Source: Candidatus Aenigmatarchaeota archaeon
GTDB lineage: Archaea > Aenigmatarchaeota > Aenigmatarchaeia > CG10238-14 > SCSR01
DNA: 64,000 nt
Reading direction: 5' to 3'
Assembly (NCBI GenBank): GCA_039000165.1
Contig: JAWBTW010000002.1
Location: 1-64,000 of the forward strand
A program made the position numbers and the translations under genes. Positions 47,379 through 56,395 of this stretch are shown in pieces (the stretch's first letter is position 1; each line of letters begins with the position of its first letter). The notes under the pieces are model-generated. The model saw nothing but the letters and a program-made list of their open reading frames with translations, ran no database searches and was not told the origin of the DNA.

Positions 47379-48241
47379 GACAAATAATCCAAGAAACCGC
47401 TAAGCTTAAGGATTTCTTCGATATAATTTTTAAAATTCTCTCTTTCGGCCCTTATTTTCAAGGAATTCCCCACACTTAGAAGTTCTCTGTATGTTCTTTT
47501 CATCAAAGACTCTTCTATTTTCTTTTTTTGGCCGTTTGAGGCAAGCACTATTCTTTTTATTCCCTCTTCTGGAATCTCGTTCAATAAAATTTGCTTTGTT
47601 TCTTTATTTCTTAGAAGTTTTTGTAAGATTGAAGGATCGTTATAAGAGTCAATAACGCAGAAAGTTAGGAAACCAAGCTCCTCACTAGAATTTGGAGAAT
47701 ACTTAAATTCCCAAGCCTTTGTGAAAGTTATCAAAGCTTCTTTAAAACTTTTAACCAAATTCTTCATTTGCTCGTTGTTAACAAAGTACCAATACCTGAG
47801 AAGGTTTGCTCCGTTCCTGTAATCAAGGTAGGTTTTAACTCGAGAAAGGCTGTCGCTTACTTCAATCCATTCCTGAGGCAGAAAAATTAACTTGTTTTCC
47901 CTTTGATTTTTGATGCTTGGAATCGTTTCGTAAATCATTTTCTTTACTGGTTGAAGAAAGTTTTCATATAAGTTATGCATTACAAAAAGTTCTTTTTGCA
48001 TTGCTGGAATCTCTGTTACAAGTTGGGATGTTAGTTCTTCCAACTTTTTGAACTGAGTTGAAATGCTTTCGTACAAGGGTAAAGAGACTTCATAGCCTCT
48101 ATCTTCGCTTAGGTAAGCGTCAAGCCATGTTCTGTCCCAAAAAACATCCAAAGAAGAAATTATCTGGTAAAAGCTTCTTTCATCTTCCAAGTATTTCTCC
48201 AGCAAACCCCAATTTTCAAACTTTATTTTTTCTTCTTTCAT
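47366..48241 (-). CDS. Hypothetical helical protein
   Basis: 291-aa ORF. Confidence 0.7.
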   Translation of the reverse strand: MKEEKIKFENWGLLEKYLEDERSFYQIISSLDVFWDRTWLDAYLSEDRGYEVSLPLYESISTQFKKLEELTSQLVTEIPAMQKELFVMHNLYENFLQPVKKMIYETIPSIKNQRENKLIFLPQEWIEVSDSLSRVKTYLDYRNGANLLRYWYFVNNEQMKNLVKSFKEALITFTKAWEFKYSPNSSEELGFLTFCVIDSYNDPSILQKLLRNKETKQILLNEIPEEGIKRIVLASNGQKKKIEESLMKRTYRELLSVGNSLKIRAERENFKNYIEEILKLSGFLDYLSYVL

Positions 48242-48336
48242 TCTTTAACCTTTTTTAAAATGAAAAAGATAACTCTTTTTTAACTTATATAAGGAAGTAA
48301 GTTTTTTAAAAGTTTCTGTTTGCTGACTTTTTTTAA

Positions 48337-48352
48337 TGTTAGACGTCTAACA
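48337..48352. repeat. 16-bp perfect palindrome TGTTAGACGTCTAACA, copy 1
   Basis: Exact copies also at 52084, 53584 and 54954. Confidence 0.95.
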
Positions 48353-48386
48353 GAAAAGCAGCCAACAAACATTTCATAGATTTTTT

Positions 48387-48432
48387 TGGAATATTCCATA
48401 CATAACTTATAAATACTTTATGGAATATCCTT
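48387..48432 (+). promoter_or_regulatory. Promoter with TGGAATATTCCA-type operators flanking a TATA box
   Basis: TGGAATATTCCA at 48387, TTATAAAT at 48407, TGGAATATCCTT at 48421. Confidence 0.6.
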
Positions 48433-48437
48433 AAATT

Positions 48438-48734
48438 ATGGAAAAAACCTTTGAAGAAATGCTTGAAAGCGTAAGAGTAAAGAAAGTCTCTCAACTTACA
48501 GCAAAAGTTTTTGAAATTATTCATTCTAGATGGCCCACAAATCCGCTAGAAGTTGCTGAGATTTTAGGAGATAAAGGAAAAGAGAAAACGCTTTCTGCAA
48601 AGTACCTTTACCATTTTCGCAAGCTTAAGGAAATGGGGTTAATAGACATGAAAAAAGTTGGAAACACTTACATAGCATGGCCTACTGAGATTGAAAAGCT
48701 TAGGGTTGTGCATGAATTATTAAAAGGGTTGTGA
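48438..48734 (+). CDS. Winged-helix DNA-binding protein
   Basis: PTNPLEVAE.LG...YHFRKL.EMGLI..KKVG. Confidence 0.8.
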   Translation: MEKTFEEMLESVRVKKVSQLTAKVFEIIHSRWPTNPLEVAEILGDKGKEKTLSAKYLYHFRKLKEMGLIDMKKVGNTYIAWPTEIEKLRVVHELLKGL

Positions 48735-48743
48735 GGTGAGAGA

Positions 48744-49280
48744 ATGGGGATAGCTGTTATGTTGAAAAAACTTTTGCTTGGAAGGGCTTTTTCTGCTGAA
48801 GAAGGAAGGGTTACGATTTTGGGAAGATATAACGTAACTTTAGTGGAAAGTTGTGGATTTGCGTATCTTCATCAGAAAATATTTGAAGAACTTGGAGAAA
48901 AAAAGGCTTTTAAAATTTTAATGGAAGCTACAGAAATTGCAATCGAAAACGCAACAAAAGCATTTGGACTAGTACCTTTTTTTATGAGCATAGAAAAACT
49001 TTTACCTTTAACAGATTTTTATGGATTAGGGAAATTTAGCGTAATTCACAAAGAAGAAAATGAAAAAAAAGTTGTATTGTTAATTAAAGTTGAAAATTCT
49101 CCACTTACAGAATATGCCAAACAAAAATGGGGAAAGAATTCAAAAATATGTAAAATAGTAGAAGCAAATTTAATTGTGACGGCTAAACTTATCTACAAAA
49201 AAACACCAAAAGTAGAGGAAATTTCCTGCTACACTAAAGGTGCTCCTTATTGTACATTTCGTGTAGAAATAGAAAAGTGA
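48744..49280 (+). CDS. V4R (4-vinyl reductase) domain protein
   Basis: YGLG, NSP, C...E.SC..KG.PYCTF. Confidence 0.85.
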   Translation: MGIAVMLKKLLLGRAFSAEEGRVTILGRYNVTLVESCGFAYLHQKIFEELGEKKAFKILMEATEIAIENATKAFGLVPFFMSIEKLLPLTDFYGLGKFSVIHKEENEKKVVLLIKVENSPLTEYAKQKWGKNSKICKIVEANLIVTAKLIYKKTPKVEEISCYTKGAPYCTFRVEIEK

Positions 49281-50737
49281 TTTCTATGATTGAAAAAATA
49301 GCATCTTGGTATGTTAAAAGAAAAAGAAATGAAATAGCAAAAAAAGTGAGAAAAGCAATGCTTTCCATTCCATTCTACAAACAACAAATTAAAAAAAATT
49401 CAATCGATTTACATGAAGTAAGAGAAATCAACTCAATAGAAAAACTTGATAAATTTCTTCAAAAACATAAAATAAATTGGTTAGAATCTACCGAACTAAT
49501 GAGAAATGATTTTTCTTCTCATTTAAGTCTCGCTCCTACAAATAAAAGAATATGGGTGCAAGTATCTTCTGGCTATAGTTTGGTAGAAAAATTGAGAAGT
49601 GGAGAAAATTTTTTAGAAAGTGTACAAAAATTTAAAAGAAAAAAAGTAGCCTTTACTCAAAAAGATTTAGAACTTGTGATAAAAGAAGTTTATCTACGTG
49701 GGGCTAAAAGAATAGCCTCAAATGATTCGATACCAACTATTTCTATTTTTTCCAGAATGTATATTTATGGTGGTTCAGGAACATATCCTTTTGCAGCTCT
49801 TGTAAGAGTATCACAGAAGTTTCCTTTAAGAATTTTACCCTACGGTGAACCGTTAAGCCAGGAACAACTTTGTGATTATGTACTTGATTCCGTAGAGAAT
49901 AACACTAACTGGATAATCACTACACCATCAATTTTAAGCGACATAGGTAGATTTATGGTAGAAAATAATCTAAGGTACAGGAATCTAAGGTATGTAGGTA
50001 TGGGTGGATTTAAACCAAGTAAAGAAGTTGTAAATCTAGGACATGAAATAGGAGCTAAAATAATTATAGACGCTTACAGTGTTCAAGAATGTATGCCACT
50101 CGGTTGTATAGCCTCTGGAACTATATCAAGTGAAGACAAAAATTGGGAAACTAATGAAGGATTAATGGTTATGGGAAATTTGTGTCATGTAAGAGTAGTC
50201 GATAAAAATGGGGAAAACGTTAGTGAAGGTGAAGAAGGAGAAATAAGAATAACTTCACCCTTTGAAGGAACGTTTTTAATTGACTATGCTCCTGGTGATA
50301 TCGGTAAACTTTTAAGTTATACTTCTAGTGTCAGTTTAGATAGTTCTAGGGTAAATCTTCCTTTTCCTTTACTTTCCTATGACATAAGAAGAAAAGAAGA
50401 AAATGAATATGTAAAGATAAAAGAGTATCCAGTTTCTGTTGGCATTCTAAAAGAAATCTTAACATCTTATGTTGATTATAATTTTGCGATTTGCAAGCCA
50501 CAAACAAAGGGAGAACTGCTAATATTAATTCCAAGTAATATTGAAGAGAGAAATTATGAAGAAATGTGTAAAAAGATAAGATATACAGTTTGCCCTTTAC
50601 GATATAGCCTCCTTAGATTCAAAAAAATAGACGAGAGTAAACTTAAAAAAATTGTTTTCCCAAGTTTACACCACAAGCCACACAATCTTATCCTCTCGCC
50701 CTCAAAAGAACTAGAAAGTGAGCTCTATGCCAGCTAG
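49250..50737 (+). CDS. Divergent phenylacetate-CoA ligase (PaaK)-like adenylate-forming protein
   Basis: PFY, SSG, TTPS, DAYSVQE, GEEGEI.IT, YAPGD; probable start at MIEKI. Confidence 0.7.
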   Translation: MYISCRNRKVISMIEKIASWYVKRKRNEIAKKVRKAMLSIPFYKQQIKKNSIDLHEVREINSIEKLDKFLQKHKINWLESTELMRNDFSSHLSLAPTNKRIWVQVSSGYSLVEKLRSGENFLESVQKFKRKKVAFTQKDLELVIKEVYLRGAKRIASNDSIPTISIFSRMYIYGGSGTYPFAALVRVSQKFPLRILPYGEPLSQEQLCDYVLDSVENNTNWIITTPSILSDIGRFMVENNLRYRNLRYVGMGGFKPSKEVVNLGHEIGAKIIIDAYSVQECMPLGCIASGTISSEDKNWETNEGLMVMGNLCHVRVVDKNGENVSEGEEGEIRITSPFEGTFLIDYAPGDIGKLLSYTSSVSLDSSRVNLPFPLLSYDIRRKEENEYVKIKEYPVSVGILKEILTSYVDYNFAICKPQTKGELLILIPSNIEERNYEEMCKKIRYTVCPLRYSLLRFKKIDESKLKKIVFPSLHHKPHNLILSPSKELESELYAS

Positions 50738-51431
50738 CTTAACTGATTTGCTCTGGGAAATCTATCCATTTTTTTACGACTCCCTAAACAACTTTGCTCC
50801 ATACAAAAAAATGATAAGAGATACTGCTGAAAGCTTAAACTTTAGTAAAGGGAAGAAATTTCTTGACGTTGGTTGCGGAACAGGAAATTTGATTCAATAT
50901 CTAGTTAAAAATTCTAAGGAAATCGAGGTTTGGGGTATAGATGCTTCAGAGCAAGCGCTTAAAATTGCCTCAAAAAAAATTAAAAATTCAAACGCTAACG
51001 TCAAGCTTTGCCAGTACTATTTTGAAGAAAAGCTTCCTTTTAATGATAACTACTTTGACGGAATCGCTGCTGTTAACTTTATAAACTACTTAAGCCCAAG
51101 CTCTTTACAAAATTTTGTAAGGGAAGCGAGGAGAATTTTAAGAAAGGGGGGAAGGCTAAGCTTAGTCTACACAAGCGAAGTAGAATACTTTAAGGGAAAA
51201 AGCGGCTTTAAGTACTCTTTAAAAGAAAAACCGAAACAAACGATTTTATCCCTTCCTTTCTGCGTGGCTGTTGGCTTGATGAACATTCCCATGAAATTAA
51301 AAGTCAACCTTATCCCTTATTCTAAAACTTATGTAGAAAAACTTCTTGAGGAAAACAACCTCAAGATCCTTAACACAAAAACAACTTATTATTCTCATAG
51401 TACCTTGCTAACAACTAGCGAAAAAATTTAA
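50718..51431 (+). CDS. Class I SAM-dependent methyltransferase
   Basis: LDVGCGTG, GID.S, LPF.DNYFD, RILRKGG. Confidence 0.9.
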   Translation: MSSMPASLTDLLWEIYPFFYDSLNNFAPYKKMIRDTAESLNFSKGKKFLDVGCGTGNLIQYLVKNSKEIEVWGIDASEQALKIASKKIKNSNANVKLCQYYFEEKLPFNDNYFDGIAAVNFINYLSPSSLQNFVREARRILRKGGRLSLVYTSEVEYFKGKSGFKYSLKEKPKQTILSLPFCVAVGLMNIPMKLKVNLIPYSKTYVEKLLEENNLKILNTKTTYYSHSTLLTTSEKI

Positions 51432-51480
51432 AAAACTTTTGGAATATTCCAATTTATCTTTTAACAAACAAATTAATTAT

Positions 51481-52071
51481 ATGTTTGAACCTCCAAAAGG
51501 TTATGAAAAATATTGCGAACCAACTTTTTTGTGCGAATCTAACCTGCCAGAAATAAAAGAGCTAGCCCAAGCTTTAGCAAAAGATAAAAAAACTCCTGAA
51601 GAAGCTGCTAGAGCATTTTTTTATTGGGTAAGGGATAATGTTGCTTGGAAAGTAGAAGAGATAGTTGGTGCTAAGGAAACGCTAAAAAGAAACCCTATGC
51701 ATGGAGTATGTGCAGATAAAGCTAATCTCTTCATAGCTCTTTGCAGAGCTGTTGGAATTCCTGCAAGGTATCTTTTAATATTTAGATGTCAGCTTAACGC
51801 TAAGGTAAAGGATTTTCCAAAAAAAGTTGGGCATGTAGCTGCTAAAGTTTACTTAAACAATGAATGGAAAGTTGTAGATCCAACTTTTGGAAAGGATACG
51901 GAAAAGCTAATTCCTTTAAGTGAGTTTGACAGACCAAGCTGGAAAAGAATTGCTGGAGTCTTGAGAGTAAGAGAGCTTTCTGTTTCCTTAGCTTTATTTT
52001 CCATGCTTATTCTAAGGTTTAGTCGCTCTAGCCTAAAGATGAAAGAATTGATAGAAAGTTTGAGAAAATGA
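51481..52071 (+). CDS. Transglutaminase-like protein
   Basis: WVRDN, GVC.DKA.L..ALCRA.GIPAR, H, W..VDPT; ATG 51481 preferred over TTG 51439. Confidence 0.88.
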   Translation: MFEPPKGYEKYCEPTFLCESNLPEIKELAQALAKDKKTPEEAARAFFYWVRDNVAWKVEEIVGAKETLKRNPMHGVCADKANLFIALCRAVGIPARYLLIFRCQLNAKVKDFPKKVGHVAAKVYLNNEWKVVDPTFGKDTEKLIPLSEFDRPSWKRIAGVLRVRELSVSLALFSMLILRFSRSSLKMKELIESLRK

Positions 52072-52083
52072 AAAGGTTGTTAA

Positions 52084-52099
52084 TGTTAGACGTCTAACA
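52084..52099. repeat. 16-bp palindrome TGTTAGACGTCTAACA, copy 2
   Basis: Exact match. Confidence 0.95.
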
Positions 52100-52103
52100 A
52101 TTT

Positions 52104-52228
52104 CTAAACTAACCACTTCCACAAAGGTTTGAAAACAATTTTTTTGTTTTCTATTTTTAATTGATCTTCATAATCCCAGGTTATCACTAGCAAATCCTTG
52201 CATTTAAGCAAGGAGGATGCTTTAAAAT
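52104..52228 (-). pseudogene. 3' remnant of an AAA_14/DUF4143 ATPase paralog
   Basis: Reads FKASSLLKCKDLLVITWDYEDQLKIENKKIVFKPLWKWLV*, matching the C-terminus of 53600-54883; no 5' part. Confidence 0.85.
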
Positions 52229-52244
52229 TGTTAAATGTCTAACG
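52229..52244. repeat. Degenerate palindrome copy TGTTAAATGTCTAACG
   Basis: 13 of 16 positions match the consensus. Confidence 0.65.
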
Positions 52245-52254
52245 TATAAAAAAC

Positions 52255-53535
52255 TCATTCACCCAAAACCTCAATTCCGTTCATGTAAGGAACCAAAACT
52301 TTTGGAATTTTCACGCTCCCGTCTTTTTGCTGGAAGTGTTCGAGAATGGCTAGCATGGTCCTGCTTGTCGCTAAGGCAGTAGAGTTTAAAGTATGGACAA
52401 AACCTTTTGGTTTTTCTCCTTCCTTTTCTCTAAACCTAATGTTAAGCCTTCTTGCTTGGTAATCTGTGCAATTAGAGTTTGAGCCTATTTCCCTAAACTT
52501 TCCGTCAACCATCCAAACCTCTGTATCGTACTTTTTTGCCGCTACTGTTCCTATATCTCCTGTGCAAACGTTTACTACACGGTAATGCAAACCTAAAGCT
52601 TGATAGAGCTCCTCACAATTTCTTTGCAGCTCTTCGTGCAAATCCCAGGAATCTTCTGGCAAGCAAAAAATGAATTGCTCAACCTTGTTAAACTGATGCA
52701 TCCTGAAAAATCCTTTCGTGTATTTTCCGTGCGTACCTATTTCTTTTCTAAAACATGGACTTATTCCAACAAACTTCAAAGGCAAGTCTTTTTTATTTAA
52801 AATTTCATTCATGAACATTGCTCCTATAGGATGCTCAGAAGTTGCTATCAAGTATAAATCTTCATTCTCTATTTTGTAAGTTACCATTTCAAAATCGCTT
52901 GGGTCTATCATTCCTTCGTAAGCTTTTCTGTTTATCATGAAAGGAGGCTCTACAGGAATATAGCCTTTTTTAATCATAAAATCTAGAGCAAACTTTTGAA
53001 TGGCTAGATCGAGCAAAACCAATTCTTTTTTTAAGTAGAAAAAGCCTGCCCCAGCAACTTTTGCTGCCCTTTCTTGATCTACCAAACCCAACTCTAAAGC
53101 AATTTCTAGATGATTTTTTGGTTTAAAGTTAAACTTTGGTGGGGAACCAACTCTTCTTATTTCAACATTATCGTTTTCATCTTTACCAAAAGGTACAGAA
53201 TCGTGCAAAATGTTCGGTAGCTTGAGCAAAATATCCCTTACTTCTTTTTCCAGTCTGCTCGACTCTTCTTCCATTCTTTTTATTTCGTCATGGATTTTCT
53301 TAGCTTCGTTTAAGATTTTGCTTGTATCCTTGTTTTCTTTCTTCAACCTTGAAATTTCTAAAGTAAGTTTGTTCCTTCTGTTTCTCAGCTTGTTTATTTC
53401 TGTTTTGAGGCCACGCAATTTCTTGTCAAGCTCTAAAAGCCTTTCGAACATTTTCAATTTTTCCGGGTCTTGCCTCTTTTCCAAATTTTTCCTTACAAAC
53501 TCTGGCCTCTCTCTTATCAATTTAATGTCAAGCAT
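52255..53535 (-). CDS. serS: Serine--tRNA ligase
   Basis: MLDIKLIRE, LIATSEHP, FRKE.G, HQFNKVEQ, SNCTDYQARRL, HTLNST. Confidence 0.97.
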   Translation of the reverse strand: MLDIKLIRERPEFVRKNLEKRQDPEKLKMFERLLELDKKLRGLKTEINKLRNRRNKLTLEISRLKKENKDTSKILNEAKKIHDEIKRMEEESSRLEKEVRDILLKLPNILHDSVPFGKDENDNVEIRRVGSPPKFNFKPKNHLEIALELGLVDQERAAKVAGAGFFYLKKELVLLDLAIQKFALDFMIKKGYIPVEPPFMINRKAYEGMIDPSDFEMVTYKIENEDLYLIATSEHPIGAMFMNEILNKKDLPLKFVGISPCFRKEIGTHGKYTKGFFRMHQFNKVEQFIFCLPEDSWDLHEELQRNCEELYQALGLHYRVVNVCTGDIGTVAAKKYDTEVWMVDGKFREIGSNSNCTDYQARRLNIRFREKEGEKPKGFVHTLNSTALATSRTMLAILEHFQQKDGSVKIPKVLVPYMNGIEVLGE

Positions 53536-53583
53536 GTTTTTACCTTAATTTCAATTAATTAAAGGTTGCTCAAATATTTTCTT

Positions 53584-53599
53584 TGTTAGACGTCTAACA
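53584..53599. repeat. 16-bp palindrome TGTTAGACGTCTAACA, copy 3
   Basis: Exact match, abutting the ATPase stop codon. Confidence 0.95.
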
Positions 53600-54883
53600 T
53601 TAAAAAAAGTCAACCAATAACCATTTCCACAAAGGCTTAAAAACAATTTTTTTGTTTTTTATCTTTTGTTGACCTTCATAATCCCAGGTTATCACTAGCA
53701 AATCTTTACATTTAAGTTCTTTGCTTGCCTTTATTAAAGACCTAATTTCCCTTTTCTCAACCTCATCTTTACTAGAAGCATAAGTAACTTGAATTAGTTG
53801 ATTGATTTTTAAACCTTTTTTCACGGCAAAATCTACCTCAAAATCGTTCGATTTGAAGTAAAAAATTTCATCAACTTTTCCTTCAAACTTTTTTCTCAAA
53901 AGAGAAATAGCTACCAAGTTTTCCATTTTTTTCCCAAAATCTTTTGAAAACCTTGGTTCAATCGCAAAGTAAACATTATCTACCAAATAAATCTTTGCAG
54001 GATACTTTGCTCTTTCTCTGTACTTTAAAGAAAATCTTTTTATCGGAAAAACAAACAAAGCCTCTTCCACATACCTCAAATAATTCGCTAAGGTTTTTTT
54101 GCTAACTTTCAAGCCGATCGATTTCAATTCTTTTTCAATTTTTGTTAATGAGATATAGGAGGAAGAGTTTGCTATGCAATACCTAACAAAATAATCCATA
54201 AGTGTAACATTTTTTATTTTAAACCTTTCTATCAAATCCTTAAAAAATACGGTAGTAAAATAGGTTCTTGCTATTTCAATTTTCTTGTTTTTCTCGTCAG
54301 CAAGAAGAATTTCAGGATACCCTCCAAAATCAAGAAATTCTTTCAAAAGCATTAAAATTTCACCAACCTTTGCCTTAGAAATTTCTTCCCTAACTACAAA
54401 CTTTTTTAGCTTAAGAAACTCTTTAAAGGTAAAAGGAAAAATTATATAAGGAATACACCTTCCCCTTAGCTCGGTTGAAATCTCTCTGCTTAAAAGTTTT
54501 GAAGAAGAACCAGAAATTATTATTTTATATTTTTGGAAATTGTGCAAAGTTCTAACGAACGAAGGCCATTCTTCTAACTCTTGAATTTCGTCCAAGAAAA
54601 GAAAAACTTGATTTTTAAACAGTGAATTTACTTCCTTTAAAAACTCAGAAACACCAATTTTTCTTACTCTTGGGTCGGTAAAATCTATGTAAACAACATT
54701 ATCTTTGGAATTATTCTTTTCAAAGAGCTCTTTTATTAGCTGGAACATAAAATAGGTTTTACCAGCTCTTCTTGGTCCTATAAGGGAAACTATGTGCTTG
54801 TTTATCCATACCTTTAAATCTCTCTCGATTATATCTTGCGGTAGTTCTTTCTCTTTCCACTCTAGTAAAACCTCTCTTAGCAT
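53600..54883 (-). CDS. AAA_14/DUF4143-family ATPase with wHTH and PD-(D/E)xK-like C-terminus
   Basis: GPRRAGKT, LDEIQ, SGSSS, GGYPE, EVDF...IQV. Confidence 0.92.
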   Translation of the reverse strand: MLREVLLEWKEKELPQDIIERDLKVWINKHIVSLIGPRRAGKTYFMFQLIKELFEKNNSKDNVVYIDFTDPRVRKIGVSEFLKEVNSLFKNQVFLFLDEIQELEEWPSFVRTLHNFQKYKIIISGSSSKLLSREISTELRGRCIPYIIFPFTFKEFLKLKKFVVREEISKAKVGEILMLLKEFLDFGGYPEILLADEKNKKIEIARTYFTTVFFKDLIERFKIKNVTLMDYFVRYCIANSSSYISLTKIEKELKSIGLKVSKKTLANYLRYVEEALFVFPIKRFSLKYRERAKYPAKIYLVDNVYFAIEPRFSKDFGKKMENLVAISLLRKKFEGKVDEIFYFKSNDFEVDFAVKKGLKINQLIQVTYASSKDEVEKREIRSLIKASKELKCKDLLVITWDYEGQQKIKNKKIVFKPLWKWLLVDFF

Positions 54884-54895
54884 AAAAGAAATATA

Positions 54896-54924
54896 GGAAA
54901 CAAAAATATATATTTTTTGTTTCC
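54896..54924. promoter_or_regulatory. Inverted repeat centred on the ATPase TATA box
   Basis: GGAAACAAAAA-TATATAT-TTTTTGTTTCC. Confidence 0.65.
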
Positions 54925-54953
54925 CTTAGGGAAATTTTAGAAAGTTGGTTTTT

Positions 54954-54969
54954 TGTTAGACGTCTAACA
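54954..54969. repeat. 16-bp palindrome TGTTAGACGTCTAACA, copy 4
   Basis: Exact match. Confidence 0.95.
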
Positions 54970-54998
54970 CAAAAAATCCTTATTTATACTTTTAAATG

Positions 54999-55235
54999 CT
55001 AACTTTCGTTTAAATTTTCATAATTTTTATTCTCTCCAAATTTCTTTTTTCCTAATAAATAGCCTAGAATAGCTCCATAACAAAAAGCAAAATCTTTTTC
55101 TTTTCCTTCTGCTAGCTTTATTCCGAACTTTAAGCCTTTGATAAAAGAATCCAAGTATTCTTTTCCTTCTGCCTCTTCAAAAAATTTTTCCATCAAAACT
55201 TTTGTAAAATTTAAGTATCTTTTTTCTTCTTCCAC
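54999..55235 (-). CDS. Small hypothetical protein
   Basis: 78-aa ORF, GTG start. Confidence 0.55.
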   Translation of the reverse strand: MEEEKRYLNFTKVLMEKFFEEAEGKEYLDSFIKGLKFGIKLAEGKEKDFAFCYGAILGYLLGKKKFGENKNYENLNES

Positions 55236-55284
55236 AAAGAAAAAATGAAAGAAAAAGTATTTAAGTACTTGAAAAAACTCAAAA

Positions 55285-55590
55285 TTATTCCATCTTTTTC
55301 CCTTCTTTATATCCTCTTAAAAGCTTCTCCATCTCTTTTTCATATTCTTTTCTAAGCTCAGAAATCTTGCCCAAATAATCTAGCGTTAAAGACCTTATTT
55401 TTTCCTGAGCTTCGCTTCTACCTTCTAAAAACTCCCTAAACAAAGAATAAGCTATGTTACCAGCCAGAAGAGAAGAAATCAGACTTTCCCAATTCCTCAC
55501 GTAATCCAAATCCTTCTTTATTTCTTCAAAACTTCTCATACTTTTAAAATAAAGAATAAATTTTAAAAAACTATTCTTTCTTAACAACAA
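55285..55590 (-). CDS. Small hypothetical protein
   Basis: Probable start at MRSFEE. Confidence 0.55.
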   Translation of the reverse strand: MLLRKNSFLKFILYFKSMRSFEEIKKDLDYVRNWESLISSLLAGNIAYSLFREFLEGRSEAQEKIRSLTLDYLGKISELRKEYEKEMEKLLRGYKEGKKME

Positions 55591-56299
55591 TTCCTTTATT
55601 AGTAATTTCTATGGGATAAATGTCAGTTCCATGCTTAGTGTGACGCATCTTTCTTATAAGCAAGCTTCTTGGTGTTCCTCCTCCTGTAAATTCCAAATAA
55701 TGCAAAACTATTACTGCATCTACTATAAATTCCTCAAAACCAAATCTTGATAAGGCTTTTGTTGCTTCTGGTATCTCTCCAACTATCAAGCTTGTTACTC
55801 CATACTGTTTTAACCTCATTATTAGCTCGAAAACCTTTGCCCTTAGCTCAGTAGGGTCAGAAGCCTTTGCAGCAAAAGCTACCAAGCTTAAACCATCTAG
55901 AACAAAACGAGTAGCGTTTACTTCCTTTATCCTCTTAAAAATTTCATAATCCAAATCATCACAAGATTTAGGAAAAACATACTCTATTATACATCTTCCT
56001 TGTTGAATGTAAGGCCTGAAGTCCATCCCAAACTGCAAAGCTTGCGAGATTATATCTTCTGCTGGCTCTTCCAAGGTTATGTAAACTACATTTTCACCCT
56101 TTTGCAAGCCATGCCAAATGTATTGAGTACAAAAAATCGTTTTTCCTGTTCCTGTTTCTCCTGCTATCAAAACTGCTGAGCCTTTAACAAAACCTCCTTC
56201 TATTAGTCTATCCAAACCAGGAATTCCTGTTTCTACCCTTTCAGGTTTTCCTTCCTCTTTTGGTTTTTCAGAAACTTTTTTCATCTTTTTCTTCATCAA
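55571..56299 (-). CDS. KaiC/RAD55-family ATPase
   Basis: TGIPGLD, GETGTGKT, SRFGFEEF, IRKMR. Confidence 0.9.
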   Translation of the reverse strand: MMKKKMKKVSEKPKEEGKPERVETGIPGLDRLIEGGFVKGSAVLIAGETGTGKTIFCTQYIWHGLQKGENVVYITLEEPAEDIISQALQFGMDFRPYIQQGRCIIEYVFPKSCDDLDYEIFKRIKEVNATRFVLDGLSLVAFAAKASDPTELRAKVFELIMRLKQYGVTSLIVGEIPEATKALSRFGFEEFIVDAVIVLHYLEFTGGGTPRSLLIRKMRHTKHGTDIYPIEITNKGIVVKKE

Positions 56300-56395
56300 A
56301 ATAAAATTTAGTTTTTTGGGTTAATAAATTTAAAGAAAAAAGAAAAGAAAGATAATCTTGATTATTTATTTTTAGGCTTTGGATAATTCAACTGT

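Noticed and set aside
48337..54969. Palindrome copies as a CRISPR array
   Set aside because: Repeat is only 16 bp, spacing is 0.1-3.7 kb and no cas genes are visible
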